From positions 1 to 43,167 of the forward strand of contig CAZVCZ010000004.1 in NCBI GenBank assembly GCA_964626275.1: a stretch of 43,167 bases of DNA, read 5' to 3'. The DNA comes from an uncultured Bifidobacteriaceae bacterium (GTDB taxonomy: Bacteria > Actinomycetota > Actinomycetes > S36-B12). This document shows, piece by piece, positions 20,621 through 31,530 of this stretch. The stretch's first letter is position 1. Each line of letters starts with the position of its first letter. A model generated the notes under the pieces. It was given only the letters and a program-made list of their open reading frames with translations. It was not told the DNA's origin and did no database searches. The position numbers and the translations under genes were made by a program.

Positions 20621-21685
20621 ATGTCTCACTTGATGAGTTCGACACCCTCGCGTCACGCCTGGATCGAACCGGGGGCACACATGGTGGCGGAGGGGGTCCA
20701 TCGGATCCCGCTGCCGCTGCCGACCGATGGGCTCCGGGCGGTCAACGTCTATGCGATCGAGCAGGGCGATGGACTTGCTCTCGTCGACGCGGGATGGGCG
20801 CTCGATGTCAGTGAGCGGGCCTTGGTGGATGCCCTTGGCGAGATCGGATACGGCCTCGGCGACATCGTGCGATTCCTGGTCACCCACGCCCACCGAGACC
20901 ACTACACCCAGGCCATGACCATCCGCCGCCGATTCGGCACGCGAGTGGCCCTCGGGCTCCACGAGCAGGAGTCGATCAGAGCGGTTGCGCGGCGAGCGGA
21001 GAATCCACACGCGGCAGGTCCGTTCGTGCAGGTTGGACTGCTTCGTCGCGCCGGCGACCTGCCGGCGGCAGCCGCGCTGGAGGGGCTGCGGGCAGAGGGG
21101 ATCGTCGCGGAGGAGTGGCGGGATCCGGATGACTGGTTGTCCCATGGGGATCGGCTGGCGCTAGGTCAACGTGAACTGACCGTCCTCGCCACCCCTGGAC
21201 ACACGCGAGGGCACGTCGTGTTCGCCGATGATGCTCACGGGTTGCTCTTCGCCGGAGATCACATCCTGCCCCACATCACCCCCTCGATCGGCTACGAAGA
21301 GGTGGTCAGTCGTTCCCCGTTGGGGGACTACCTCGACTCACTCGCGTTGATGCGCAGCCACCCCGATGCCCTGCTCCTACCCGCCCACGGGCCGGCCGGG
21401 ATGTCGGTCCACGACCGGGTCGAGGAGCTGCTCACGCACCACCAGCAGCGCCTGGACGAGAGCCTTCGTGCGGTGGCGGCGGGCGCCAGCACGGCGGTGG
21501 AGGTGGCGGATCGGCTGACCTGGACCCGTCGACAGACCTCGTTAAGGGATCTCGATCGATTCAACCGGATGATGGCTGTTCTGGAGACCTTGGCTCACCT
21601 GGTGGTGCTGGTGGAAACAGGGCGCCTGCGTTCGGCGTGGGACGAGGTCGACGGAGTGGGAGTCGAGCGCTTCTCCCTGCCCTGA
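20621..21685 (+). CDS. MBL-fold metallo-hydrolase
   Basis: HxHxDH motif (THAHRDHY), downstream His/Asp ligands (TPGHTRGH, AGDHI), C-terminal helical extension. Confidence 0.8.
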   Translation: MSHLMSSTPSRHAWIEPGAHMVAEGVHRIPLPLPTDGLRAVNVYAIEQGDGLALVDAGWALDVSERALVDALGEIGYGLGDIVRFLVTHAHRDHYTQAMTIRRRFGTRVALGLHEQESIRAVARRAENPHAAGPFVQVGLLRRAGDLPAAAALEGLRAEGIVAEEWRDPDDWLSHGDRLALGQRELTVLATPGHTRGHVVFADDAHGLLFAGDHILPHITPSIGYEEVVSRSPLGDYLDSLALMRSHPDALLLPAHGPAGMSVHDRVEELLTHHQQRLDESLRAVAAGASTAVEVADRLTWTRRQTSLRDLDRFNRMMAVLETLAHLVVLVETGRLRSAWDEVDGVGVERFSLP

Positions 21686-21732
21686 CCTGCGATAGGGTCA
21701 TCTCAATTCGCACCCCGGTGCGAAGCCGAACG

Positions 21733-21767
21733 TCCTTTAACGACCCGTCCCGAGAGGCGGGAAAGGA
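21733..21767 (+). promoter_or_regulatory. PyrR-binding stem-loop in the pyr leader, overlapping the SD
   Basis: UCCCGAGAGG (21748-21757) differs by 1 nt from the PyrR loop core UCCAGAGAGG. Upper stem CCCG 21744-47 / CGGG 21758-61. Lower stem UCCUUU 21733-38 / AAAGGA 21762-67, which is part of the SD AAGGAGG (21763-69). Confidence 0.7.
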
Positions 21768-21778
21768 GGTCGGTGCCG

Positions 21779-22327
21779 ATGCCCGTTGCCCGGGTTCTCG
21801 ATGCCGCGGATCTGACGCGAGTCGTCGGACGCATCTCCCACGAAATCCTGGAAAAGTCCCACGGTCCGGACGATCTCATCCTGCTGGGCATCCCGCGGCG
21901 GGGCGTCCCGCTGGCGCAGCGGATTGCCGAACGGATGCACTCCATCGAGGGTGTGGATGTTCCCGTGGGATCGCTGGACGTCACGATGTATCGCGATGAC
22001 ATCGGTCTTCGAGGTGCCCGACCTCTGGGCACCACCGATGTGCCGCTCGGCGGCATCGACGACCGGATCGTCGTGCTCGTCGACGATGTGCTGTTCAGCG
22101 GGCGCACCATCCGAGCAGCCCTTGATGCGCTGAACGACATCGGGCGTCCCCGCGCCGTTCGCCTCGCGGTGCTCATCGATCGGGGCCATCGGGAACTTCC
22201 GATTCGCGCCGATCACGTCGGGAAGAACATTCCCACCTCGAGAACCGAGGATGTTCGGGTCCACCTGGTGGAAACGGACGGGGTGGATGAGGTGCTGCTC
22301 GGCCCGGCCGAGGAGGGTGGCGCATGA
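21779..22327 (+). CDS. pyrR: Bifunctional pyrimidine operon regulator / uracil phosphoribosyltransferase
   Basis: PRTase motif [37 protein letters not shown] 21779 lies 9 nt after the SD; GTG 21773 is the ORF-track alternative. Confidence 0.93.
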   Translation: MPVARVLDAADLTRVVGRISHEILEKSHGPDDLILLGIPRRGVPLAQRIAERMHSIEGVDVPVGSLDVTMYRDDIGLRGARPLGTTDVPLGGIDDRIVVLVDDVLFSGRTIRAALDALNDIGRPRAVRLAVLIDRGHRELPIRADHVGKNIPTSRTEDVRVHLVETDGVDEVLLGPAEEGGA

Positions 22328-23277
22328 GGCACCTACTGAGTGCCACTGACTTAGATCGCGACCAGGCGGTCATGCTCCTCGACACCGCAGCGGAACTCGC
22401 GAGCGTCACCGACCGGGCGGTCAAGAAGCTGCCGACCCTGCGAGGACGAACGGTCGCCAATCTGTTCTTCGAGGATTCGACACGTACCCGGCTGTCCTTC
22501 GAGGCCGCCGCCAAGCGATTGTCCGCCGATGTGATCACCTTCACCGCGAAGGGATCCAGCGTGTCGAAAGGGGAGAGCCTGAAGGACACCGCCCTCACCC
22601 TCGAAGCCATGGGTGCGCAGGCGATCGTGCTGCGACACCATGCGTCCGGTGCGGCTCAACGACTCGCCGAGTCCGGGTGGATCGACGCGAGCGTGGTCAA
22701 CGCCGGCGATGGCACGCATGAGCATCCGACCCAGGCACTTCTCGATGCCTTCACGTTGCGCCAGCACCTCAGGGATGGCGAGGGTGATTTGTCCGGGCTG
22801 CACGTGGTCATCGTCGGCGACATCCTGCACAGCAGGGTCGCCCGCTCGAATGTGTGGCTCCTGCGAACCCTGGGTGCGCAGGTCACCCTCGTGGCTCCAC
22901 CGACACTCGTGCCGTTCGGAGTTGACTCCTGGCCATGTGCGGTGTCCTACGACCTCGACGACGTCCTGCCGGAGGCTGATGCCGTGATGATGCTCCGCGT
23001 TCAGGCCGAACGCATGACGGCGGCGTACTTCCCATCCGCGCATGAATACTCCCGCCGATACGGCCTTGATGCCGCCCGGGCTTCGGCGCTGGCCGAGCAC
23101 GCGGTGGTGCTGCATCCGGGACCTATGAACCGCGGGATGGAGATCACCGCCGATGTCGCGGATAGTCCGCGATCGCTGGTGGTGGACCAGGTCGCCAATG
23201 GGGTGAGCGTGCGCATGGCGGTGCTGTATCACGTCCTCGCTGATCCAGGCTCGGTGCTCGGAGAGGAGCCCGCATGA
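22324..23277 (+). CDS. pyrB: Aspartate carbamoyltransferase catalytic subunit
   Basis: [35 protein letters not shown] overlap with pyrR. Confidence 0.95.
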   Translation: MRHLLSATDLDRDQAVMLLDTAAELASVTDRAVKKLPTLRGRTVANLFFEDSTRTRLSFEAAAKRLSADVITFTAKGSSVSKGESLKDTALTLEAMGAQAIVLRHHASGAAQRLAESGWIDASVVNAGDGTHEHPTQALLDAFTLRQHLRDGEGDLSGLHVVIVGDILHSRVARSNVWLLRTLGAQVTLVAPPTLVPFGVDSWPCAVSYDLDDVLPEADAVMMLRVQAERMTAAYFPSAHEYSRRYGLDAARASALAEHAVVLHPGPMNRGMEITADVADSPRSLVVDQVANGVSVRMAVLYHVLADPGSVLGEEPA

Positions 23278-24572
23278 CATCGACGGACATCCTGATTCGC
23301 GACGTACGACCGCTCGGCGGGCGTGACGTCGTGGATCTCGTGATCAGCGAGGGGCGCATCCGTGACATCGGCTCCGGGCTTATGGGAACCGAGGGGGCAC
23401 GGGTGATCGAGGCCGGTGGGCGGATCTGCCTACCGGGGCTGGTGGATCTGCACACGCATCTGCGCGAGCCAGGACGAGAGGACACCGAAACCATCGAGAC
23501 CGGATGCCAGGCTGCGGCTCTCGGTGGGTACACCGCTGTCCACGCGATGGCCAACACTCAACCGGTCGCCGACACTGCCGGGGTCGTCGAGCAGGTCTGG
23601 CGTCGCGGTCGCGAAATCGGACTATGCGAGGTGGTCCCGGTGGGTGCGGTGACCGTGGGGCTGGGCGGTGAACGTCTCGCCGAACTCGGAGCCATGGCCG
23701 AATCCGCAGCGCGGGTGCGCGTGTTCAGTGACGACGGGATCTGCGTGAGCGACCCGCTGCTCATGAGGCGTGCGCTGGAGTACGTCAAGGGCTTCGACGG
23801 AGTCGTCGCCCAGCATGCCCAGGAACCTCGACTCACGATCGGGGCCCAGATGAATGAGGGAGCACTCAGTGGCGAGCTGGGGCTACCGGGGTGGCCGGCC
23901 GTGGCGGAAGAGGCGATCATTGCGCGTGACGTGCTGCTCGCCGAACATGTCGGCTCTCGCCTCCATGTGTGCCATCTGTCGACCCGAGGCTCGGTGGAAA
24001 TCATTCGCTGGGCCAAGGAGCGCGGGATCGACGTCACGGCGGAGGTGACTCCGCACCACCTCATGCTCACCGAGGACCTCGCACGAAGCTACGACCCGCT
24101 GTTCAAGGTCAATCCGCCGCTGCGCACGATCGAGGATGTCGAAGCGGTTCGAGCGGGGCTGGCTGACGGCACGATCGACATCGTGGCGACCGACCATGCG
24201 CCCCATGCGCACGAGGACAAGGACTGCGAGTGGAGTGCGGGTGCGTTCGGAATGCTGGGTCTGCAGACCGCTGTCGGTGTCGTGGCCGAGGCGATGGTGG
24301 CGACGGGTTCCATGACCTGGGAGCAGGTCGCTGACCGGATGTCCATCGCCCCTGCTCGCATCGGTCGACTGAATGAGCAGGGACGCCCACTAGCCCCGGG
24401 GGAACCCGCGCATCTGACGATCATCGACCCTGATGCACCGTGGACGGTTCGTCCCGAACTCCTCGCCTCGCGCAGCCGCAACACCCCGTATGTCGAGCGG
24501 ACCCTGCCGGCCTCGGTCTGGGCGACCTTCTTCCAGGGCCAGCCCACGGTGCTCGAGGGCAGCCTGGCATGA
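23274..24572 (+). CDS. pyrC: Dihydroorotase
   Basis: Metal ligands [10 protein letters not shown] and ATDHAPH. 432 aa. ATGA overlap with pyrB. Confidence 0.93.
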   Translation: MTSTDILIRDVRPLGGRDVVDLVISEGRIRDIGSGLMGTEGARVIEAGGRICLPGLVDLHTHLREPGREDTETIETGCQAAALGGYTAVHAMANTQPVADTAGVVEQVWRRGREIGLCEVVPVGAVTVGLGGERLAELGAMAESAARVRVFSDDGICVSDPLLMRRALEYVKGFDGVVAQHAQEPRLTIGAQMNEGALSGELGLPGWPAVAEEAIIARDVLLAEHVGSRLHVCHLSTRGSVEIIRWAKERGIDVTAEVTPHHLMLTEDLARSYDPLFKVNPPLRTIEDVEAVRAGLADGTIDIVATDHAPHAHEDKDCEWSAGAFGMLGLQTAVGVVAEAMVATGSMTWEQVADRMSIAPARIGRLNEQGRPLAPGEPAHLTIIDPDAPWTVRPELLASRSRNTPYVERTLPASVWATFFQGQPTVLEGSLA

Positions 24573-25153
24573 CGAGTGCACCCGTCACCGATTGGCCGCT
24601 CCGCCTGCTGCTCGTGGCCCTGGTTCTCGGGGTCATCGCGCTGGTCCTGTTCGCGATGCTGCGGGGCTGGCGGGCGCGGGGGAGACGACAGGCATCGATT
24701 CCCGAGCCCCCTGCTATTCCGGAGGGACTGGCGATTCCGGAGGAAGAGGCACCGGGGTCGAGTCTCATCCCCGGGGTCTACCTCGGTTCCGTGCGATCGG
24801 GGGACTGGCTCGATCGGATCGTCGCCCATGGATTGGGCACCCGCAGTCGGGTGGAACTGTCGATGCATCCGGAGGGCCTTGCCGTGGAGCGGTTGGGAGC
24901 GCGTCAGTTCTTCATCCCCAGCAGCGATCTTCGCGACGCGCGCCGCGATCGTGGGATCGCGGGAAAGGCCTTCGAGAAGGATGCTGTCGTCGTGATCACC
25001 TGGTCGCTGGGCGAGGAGTTGATCGACACCGGCATCCGCCCGGACAGAGCCGAGGACGCCCAAGCGCTCATCGACGGGATCCACGGCCTGCTCCACACAG
25101 GGGGATCGGACACGACCAGACCCAGCCCACCAGGAATGGAGCCCGGCCTGTGA
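24569..25153 (+). CDS. Conserved single-pass membrane protein of the actinobacterial pyr operon (position of M. tuberculosis Rv1382)
   Basis: Start at the ATG overlapping the pyrC stop (ATGA). N-terminal TM helix [21 protein letters not shown], a (IPExxA)x3 repeat, then a ~130-aa soluble domain. Stop overlaps or abuts the carA start. Confidence 0.7.
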   Translation: MTSAPVTDWPLRLLLVALVLGVIALVLFAMLRGWRARGRRQASIPEPPAIPEGLAIPEEEAPGSSLIPGVYLGSVRSGDWLDRIVAHGLGTRSRVELSMHPEGLAVERLGARQFFIPSSDLRDARRDRGIAGKAFEKDAVVVITWSLGEELIDTGIRPDRAEDAQALIDGIHGLLHTGGSDTTRPSPPGMEPGL

Positions 25154-25155
25154 AG

Positions 25156-26301
25156 ATGCACGATGTGAATACTTCCCGGCGGGACACCGTCCCGGCCGTC
25201 CTCGTCCTCGAGGATGGACGGTCATTCCGCGGGCGCAGTTTCGGTGCCGTGGGAACCACGACGGGCGAGGCGGTGTTCTCCACCGGGATGACCGGCTACC
25301 AGGAGACCCTCACCGATCCGAGCTATCGGGGGCAGGTCGTCGTGATGACCTCCCCGCACGTCGGCAATACCGGGATGAATGACGAGGATGCCGAATCTCG
25401 ACGTATCTGGGTATCGGGCTACGTCGTCCGAGATCCCGCACCGGCGCCCTCGAATTTCCGGTCACGTCGCAGTCTCGACGACGATTTGATCGATGCCGAC
25501 GTGGTGGGGATCCGCGACATCGACACACGCGCCCTGACCCGGCACCTGCGGGAGGCGGGGGCGATGCGAGTGGGCATCTTCTCCGGTGACGCTGCTCAGC
25601 GCTCCGCCGCCGAATTGCTCGCCGAAGTGCGTTCGGTTCCTCCGATGCTGGGTTCAGATCTCACCGGAGAGGTCACGGTGTCGGAGCCCTATGAGGTTCC
25701 GGCAATCGGCGAGAGTCGCGGTGTCGTCGCGGCCGTGGACCTCGGGATCAAGTCGATGACGCCGCGTCGTCTCAGCGAACGTGGGCTCACCGTGAAGGTC
25801 GTGCCGGCCACGGTCGGCATCGATGAACTGCTGGAGATCGGCCAGGACGGTGTCTTCTTCTCCAATGGCCCCGGCGATCCCGCGACCGCGGAGCACACCG
25901 TTGCTCTCGTCCAGGCTGCCCTGGCGCAACGTCGGCCGGTGTTCGGGATCTGTTTCGGCCACCAGATGCTCGGTCGAGCGCTGGGATTCGATACCTATAA
26001 GTTGCGTTTCGGCCACCGCGGGATCAATCAGCCGGTCCAGGATCTCCGCACCGGACGTGTGGCGATCACCGCCCACAACCACGGCTTCGCCGTCCAAGCG
26101 GAGGTTGGGACTGAAATCGAGACCGACTTCGGTCGTGTCGAGGTGAGCCATGTCTGCCTCAATGACGGCGTGGTGGAGGGTCTGCGCTGCCTCGACGTAC
26201 CTGCGTTCAGCGTGCAGTACCACCCGGAGGCCGCGGCTGGCCCGCATGATGCTGATCCACTCTTCGATGATTTCGTCCGACTGATCGAGGAGAGCCGCTG
26301 A
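25156..26301 (+). CDS. carA: Carbamoyl-phosphate synthase small (glutaminase) subunit
   Basis: [20 protein letters not shown]-terminus, catalytic [14 protein letters not shown] and QYHPEA. Start is ATG 25156, or GTG 25150 (GTGA overlap with the upstream gene). Confidence 0.93.
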   Translation: MHDVNTSRRDTVPAVLVLEDGRSFRGRSFGAVGTTTGEAVFSTGMTGYQETLTDPSYRGQVVVMTSPHVGNTGMNDEDAESRRIWVSGYVVRDPAPAPSNFRSRRSLDDDLIDADVVGIRDIDTRALTRHLREAGAMRVGIFSGDAAQRSAAELLAEVRSVPPMLGSDLTGEVTVSEPYEVPAIGESRGVVAAVDLGIKSMTPRRLSERGLTVKVVPATVGIDELLEIGQDGVFFSNGPGDPATAEHTVALVQAALAQRRPVFGICFGHQMLGRALGFDTYKLRFGHRGINQPVQDLRTGRVAITAHNHGFAVQAEVGTEIETDFGRVEVSHVCLNDGVVEGLRCLDVPAFSVQYHPEAAAGPHDADPLFDDFVRLIEESR

Positions 26302-29300
26302 TGCCACGTCGGGAAGACATCGATTCGGTGCTGGTGATCGGCTCCGGACCCATCGTCATCGGACAGGCCTGCGAGTTCGACTACTCCGGTACCCAGGCCT
26401 GTCGAGTGCTGCGCGCGGAGGGGATACGGGTGATCCTCGTCAACAGCAATCCGGCGACGATCATGACCGATCCTGAATTCGCGGATGCGACCTATATCGA
26501 GCCCATCACGCCCGAGGTCGTGGAGAAGATCATCGCCAAGGAGCGTCCGCGCGCACTGCTCCCGACCCTCGGTGGGCAGACGGCGTTGAACACGGCCATG
26601 GCGCTGCATCGGGCGGGTGTCCTCGAACGCTATGACGTCGAGCTCATCGGGGCCGATGTGGACGCGATCGAGCGCGGCGAGAATCGAGAGAAGTTCCGCG
26701 AGATCGTGGCCGAGATCGGCAGCGAGAGTGCCCGATCTGCGATCTGCCACACCCTGGAAGAGTGCCTGGAGGCCGTGGACGATCTCGGATATCCGGTGGT
26801 GGTCCGACCCTCGTTCACGATGGGCGGGGCCGGCTCGGGTATCGCTCGGGACGAGGATGATCTGCGGCGGATCGCGGGAACAGGCCTGCAGGCCAGTCCC
26901 ACGACAGAGGTTCTCCTAGAGGAATCGATCCTCGGCTGGAAGGAATACGAACTCGAGCTGATGCGCGACCGCCACGACAACGTGGTCGTGATCTGCTCCA
27001 TCGAGAACCTCGACCCCATGGGCGTCCACACCGGGGACTCGATCACCGTGGCCCCCGCCTTGACCCTCACCGACCGTGAGTACCAACGAATGCGTGATGT
27101 CGCCATCGACATCATCAGGGCGGTGGGTGTCGACACAGGCGGTTGCAATATCCAGTTCGCGGTCAACCCGGAGAACGGCCGGCTCATCGTGATCGAGATG
27201 AACCCGCGAGTCTCCCGATCCTCCGCACTCGCCTCGAAGGCAACCGGATTCCCCATCGCGAAGATCGCCGCGAAACTCGCCGTCGGATACACCCTCGATG
27301 AGATCCCCAACGACATCACCCAGGAAACCCCTGCATCGTTCGAGCCGACCCTGGACTACATCGTCGTCAAGGTTCCACGTTTCGCTTTCGAGAAGTTCCC
27401 CCAGGCGGACCCGACTCTCACGACGACGATGAAGTCAGTCGGCGAGGCGATGGCGATCGGCCGCAACTTCACCGAGGCCCTGAACAAGGCACTGCGGTCG
27501 CTGGAGAAACCAGAGGCGGTGTTTCAGTGGAACGGGTCAGCCGATCAGGTGGACGTCGCAGCGGAACTCGACGCCGCCCACACTCCGCATGACGGCCGAC
27601 TCGTCCGCGTCCAACGGGCGCTGTGGGGTGGGGCCTCCGTCGAGGATGTGCATGAAGCGACCGGGATCGATCCGTGGTTCTGCGATCAGATCGTCCTGCT
27701 CAACGACATTGCCGAGGACATCCGAAGCGCGGCGGAACTCGATGCGGACGTCCTGCGATACGCCAAGCATCACGGGTTCTCCGATCGACAGATTGCAGGA
27801 ATCCGACAGATCGAGGAGGCCGAAGTCCGAGCTCTCCGGCATGCCCTCGGTGTTCGCCCGGTCTACAAGACCGTCGATACCTGCGCGGCCGAGTTCGAGG
27901 CGAAGACGCCGTACCACTACTCCTCCTATGACGAGGAGACCGAGGTCGAGCCGGGCGATCGAGACAAGGTGATCATCCTCGGATCGGGCCCCAACCGGAT
28001 CGGTCAAGGCATCGAGTTCGACTACTCATGCGTGCACGCGAGCATGACCCTCCGCGACGCCGGGTACGAAACGATCATGGTGAACTGCAATCCGGAGACG
28101 GTCTCGACCGACTACGACACCTCGGATCGGCTCTACTTCGAGCCACTCACCCTCGAGGATGTGCTCGAGGTCGTGCACGCGGAGTCGGCCGTGGGCAGGC
28201 TGGCCGGGGTCATCGTCCAACTGGGCGGCCAGACACCGCTGGGCCTCGCCCAGGGGCTGAAGGACGCCGGCGTGCCCATCGTGGGGACGAGTCCGGAGTC
28301 GATCCACCTCGCCGAAGAGCGGGGAGCGTTCGGACAGGTGCTCGCGCGGGCGGGCCTCCCGGCTCCGCGCCACGGAACGGCGTTCTCCTTCGAGGAAGCG
28401 CGGGGGATCGCGGCGGAGATCGGCTACCCCGTGCTGGTGCGTCCCTCCTATGTCCTCGGTGGCCGAGGCATGGAGATCGTCTACGACGAGCAGATGCTTG
28501 CGGACTATCTCGAGCGGGCGGCCCGGGTCAACCCCGAGCACCCGGTGCTGGTGGATCGCTTCCTCGACGATGCGGTCGAGATCGATGTTGATGCTCTCTT
28601 CGATGGCACGGACATCTACCTCGGTGGTGTCATGGAGCACATCGAGGAAGCAGGGGTGCACTCTGGTGACTCGGCCTGCACCCTGCCGCCGGTCACCCTG
28701 GGGCCCGGTGAGATCACTCGCATTGCGGCCTCCACCCGCGCGATCGCCGAGGGTGTCGGAGTCCGGGGACTGCTCAATGTCCAATACGCGCTCGCGGGCA
28801 ACGTCTTGCATGTGCTCGAAGCCAATCCGCGCGCCTCTCGCACCGTCCCCTTCGTGTCGAAGGCCACGGCAGTGCCGCTGGCGAAGGCAGCGGCTCGGAT
28901 CATGCTCGGCGCGACCATCGCGGAGTTGCGCGCAGAAGGCATGCTGCCGGCGACCGGAGATGGGGCGACACTGCCCACGGGCGCGGCGATCTCGGTGAAG
29001 GAGGCCGTGCTGCCCTTCGGCCGATTCCACGGTGTGGACACCGTCCTGGGCCCGGAGATGAAGTCAACCGGTGAGGTCATGGGCATCGACCGTGACTTCG
29101 GTAGCGCCTTCGCCAAGTCTCAGATGGCCGCCTACACGGGAGGCCTGCCGCGAGCGGGAACGGTGTTTGTCTCCGTCGCCGACCGCGACAAGCGCTCACT
29201 CATCTTTCCGGCGAAGCGCCTCGCCGATCTCGGCTTTGACATCGTGGCGACCGAGGGAACCGCTGAGGTGCTTCGCCGTCACGGTCTCGAAGCCGGCACT

Positions 29301-29615
29301 CTGCGCAAGCTTCGCGATGGCGAGGGCCCCGCGGGCGAACCCACTACGGTGCAGGCGATTCTGGCCGGCGACATCGATCTCATCATCAACACACCATTCG
29401 GTGTCGGGCCGAGGCTCGACGGATATGAGATCCGGACCGCTGCCGTCTTGACGGGAGTGCCCTGCATCACGACGATCCAGGGACTGTCAGCGACGGTTCT
29501 GGGCATCGAGGCGCTGCTCGATGACGGGATCGGTGTGCGGTCGCTCCAGGAGCATTCGGCTGACCTGCAGCGGCTGCGCGATTCCGAGGACTCCAGAACC
29601 GGGGAGGTTAGCTAA
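26301..29615 (+). CDS. carB: Carbamoyl-phosphate synthase large subunit
   Basis: 1104 aa. Duplicated ATP-grasp halves ([17 protein letters not shown] and [17 protein letters not shown]), MGS-like C-terminal domain. TGATG overlap with carA. Confidence 0.97.
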   Translation: MPRREDIDSVLVIGSGPIVIGQACEFDYSGTQACRVLRAEGIRVILVNSNPATIMTDPEFADATYIEPITPEVVEKIIAKERPRALLPTLGGQTALNTAMALHRAGVLERYDVELIGADVDAIERGENREKFREIVAEIGSESARSAICHTLEECLEAVDDLGYPVVVRPSFTMGGAGSGIARDEDDLRRIAGTGLQASPTTEVLLEESILGWKEYELELMRDRHDNVVVICSIENLDPMGVHTGDSITVAPALTLTDREYQRMRDVAIDIIRAVGVDTGGCNIQFAVNPENGRLIVIEMNPRVSRSSALASKATGFPIAKIAAKLAVGYTLDEIPNDITQETPASFEPTLDYIVVKVPRFAFEKFPQADPTLTTTMKSVGEAMAIGRNFTEALNKALRSLEKPEAVFQWNGSADQVDVAAELDAAHTPHDGRLVRVQRALWGGASVEDVHEATGIDPWFCDQIVLLNDIAEDIRSAAELDADVLRYAKHHGFSDRQIAGIRQIEEAEVRALRHALGVRPVYKTVDTCAAEFEAKTPYHYSSYDEETEVEPGDRDKVIILGSGPNRIGQGIEFDYSCVHASMTLRDAGYETIMVNCNPETVSTDYDTSDRLYFEPLTLEDVLEVVHAESAVGRLAGVIVQLGGQTPLGLAQGLKDAGVPIVGTSPESIHLAEERGAFGQVLARAGLPAPRHGTAFSFEEARGIAAEIGYPVLVRPSYVLGGRGMEIVYDEQMLADYLERAARVNPEHPVLVDRFLDDAVEIDVDALFDGTDIYLGGVMEHIEEAGVHSGDSACTLPPVTLGPGEITRIAASTRAIAEGVGVRGLLNVQYALAGNVLHVLEANPRASRTVPFVSKATAVPLAKAAARIMLGATIAELRAEGMLPATGDGATLPTGAAISVKEAVLPFGRFHGVDTVLGPEMKSTGEVMGIDRDFGSAFAKSQMAAYTGGLPRAGTVFVSVADRDKRSLIFPAKRLADLGFDIVATEGTAEVLRRHGLEAGTLRKLRDGEGPAGEPTTVQAILAGDIDLIINTPFGVGPRLDGYEIRTAAVLTGVPCITTIQGLSATVLGIEALLDDGIGVRSLQEHSADLQRLRDSEDSRTGEVS

Positions 29616-30472
29616 TGCCCATCCAATACCGCGGCGAAGTCGTGTCTGTCCGTCGAGCGGGCCAGTACCACGTGCTCACCCTGACGGCCGGCTCCATCCC
29701 CGAGACGGCTCGGCCCGGACACTTCGTCGGCATCGCCATCGGTGGCGATGAGTCGGGGCTGCTGATGCGCCGTGCGTTCTCCATCCACGGGGTGCAGGAA
29801 CGCGGGGTCTTCGGTGGCACGGTGGACATCGTCGTGGCCGCCCATGGTCCGGGGACCCGATGGCTGGTGGGGCGCCACCGAGCGGATCCGGTCGACATCA
29901 TCGGACCCCTCGGGCGTCCGTTCTCGTTGCCACGCGATCCGGTGTCGTGTGCACTCGTCGGTGGCGGCTACGGGTCGGCTCCGCTGTTCATGCTCGCGGA
30001 TCACCTGCGAGCACGCGGATGCCGAGTCGACATGGTGCTCGGTGCGGGAACCGAAGAGCGACTCTTCGGTGTTCTCGAAGCGAAACGGATCGCGTCCACG
30101 GTGACGACGACGACCGAGGATGGCTCCCTGGGAACGGAGGGGCGAGTGACTGATGTCCTCGGCGATGTGATGGAGCGCAACAACACCGACGTGGTCTATG
30201 CCTGCGGCCCGATGCCGATGCTTGCCGCCGTGGCGGATATGGCGGCAGAACGTGGTGTCTACAGTCAGTGCGCTGTCGAGGAGTCCATGGCGTGCGGAAT
30301 CGGGGTGTGCATGACCTGTGTCCTGCCGGTCATCGGTGATGACGGGGTGACCCGGATGGTGCGTTCCTGTGTCGAGGGGCCGGTCTTCCGAGGTGATCGA
30401 GTGCGGTGGGCCGAGGTCGGGACGGTACCCGCCGACACCCTGGGTGCACCGGCGAGCGAAGGAGGCCTGTGA
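29615..30472 (+). CDS. pyrK: Dihydroorotate dehydrogenase (class 1B) electron-transfer subunit
   Basis: FNR-like FAD/NAD domains (RRAFSI, LVGGGYGSAP) and C-terminal 2Fe-2S cysteines (CGIGVCMTC...C). TAATG overlap with carB. Confidence 0.88.
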   Translation: MPIQYRGEVVSVRRAGQYHVLTLTAGSIPETARPGHFVGIAIGGDESGLLMRRAFSIHGVQERGVFGGTVDIVVAAHGPGTRWLVGRHRADPVDIIGPLGRPFSLPRDPVSCALVGGGYGSAPLFMLADHLRARGCRVDMVLGAGTEERLFGVLEAKRIASTVTTTTEDGSLGTEGRVTDVLGDVMERNNTDVVYACGPMPMLAAVADMAAERGVYSQCAVEESMACGIGVCMTCVLPVIGDDGVTRMVRSCVEGPVFRGDRVRWAEVGTVPADTLGAPASEGGL

Positions 30473-31530
30473 TGACTCGCGCCGTCGTGCGGCCTGCGGA
30501 GGCTCTGGCGCCGGTGATCCATGACGAGATCGACATGTCGACGACCCTGGCGGGCGTGGAACTCCCGAGTCCGGTCCTCACTGCCTCGGGGTGCGCGGCT
30601 GCCGGACGTGAACTCGATGCCTTCTTCGACATCACCGCGATCGGAGCGGTGGTAACGAAGAGCATCATGGTCGAACCTCGCTCGGGACGTCCGACGCCGC
30701 GGATGGCGGAGACGCCCAGCGGCATGCTCAACTCGATCGGCCTGCAGGGACCGGGGATCTCGTCTTTCGTGGAACGTGATCTTGCCTGGCTTCGCCAACG
30801 TGGCGCACGCGTGGTCGTGTCGATCGCTGGCGACAGTGTCGATGACTACGCGAAGCTCGCGAAGGTCCTGCGGATGCACGAGGGCATTAGTGCCATCGAG
30901 GTCAACATCTCCTGCCCGAATGTAGAGGATCGGGGCAAGGTGTTCGCCTGCCACGCCGATACCTCCGCTGCGGTGATTCAGGCGGTGCGCCGCAACACGG
31001 ACGCACGAACCCCCATCCTCGCCAAGCTCTCACCGGATGTCACCGACATCACGAGCATCGCCCTGGCCTGCGTGCGTGCCGGTGCCGATGGCCTGTCGGT
31101 GATCAACACGCTGCTGGGAATGGTGATCGACACCGACAGGATGCGTCCGGCCTTGGCCGGAATCACCGGCGGATTGTCCGGCCCCGCGATTCGACCCGTG
31201 GCCGTGAGGTGCGTGTGGCAGATCCGGCAGGCACTTCCCGATGTCCCGATCCTCGGCATGGGCGGAATCCGAACAGGGCTGGATGCGCTGCAATTCATCC
31301 TTGCGGGCGCCAATGCCGTGTCGGTGGGCACGACGGTCTTCAATGATCCCACCGCGCCGATGCGCATCCACCGCGAATTGCAGACCGCCCTTGCCGAACG
31401 TGGAATCCCTCGACTCGTGGATGCGGTGTCCTATGCGCACGGTTTCGCCGACCGAGTCAGCGACGAAGAGCCGATGATCGACCTCGACGAGGAATCGGAT
31501 GACGATTCCTTAGACGGCTACGGCACATGA
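30472..31530 (+). CDS. pyrD: Dihydroorotate dehydrogenase (class 1B) catalytic subunit
   Basis: LTASGC, NSIGLQGPG, EVNISCPN (Cys active site), GGLSGPAIRP, GMGGI. Start is ATG 30472 (TGATG overlap with pyrK) or ATG 30535. Carries an acidic C-terminal tail. Confidence 0.9.
   Translation: MTRAVVRPAEALAPVIHDEIDMSTTLAGVELPSPVLTASGCAAAGRELDAFFDITAIGAVVTKSIMVEPRSGRPTPRMAETPSGMLNSIGLQGPGISSFVERDLAWLRQRGARVVVSIAGDSVDDYAKLAKVLRMHEGISAIEVNISCPNVEDRGKVFACHADTSAAVIQAVRRNTDARTPILAKLSPDVTDITSIALACVRAGADGLSVINTLLGMVIDTDRMRPALAGITGGLSGPAIRPVAVRCVWQIRQALPDVPILGMGGIRTGLDALQFILAGANAVSVGTTVFNDPTAPMRIHRELQTALAERGIPRLVDAVSYAHGFADRVSDEEPMIDLDEESDDDSLDGYGT

Noticed and set aside
24433-25155. 241-aa N-terminal extension of the carA ORF, and the 43-aa extension of the membrane-protein ORF starting at 24440.
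   Set aside because: Both extensions overlap pyrC or the membrane-protein gene and lack family similarity. The ATGA/GTGA-coupled internal starts give normal-length products.
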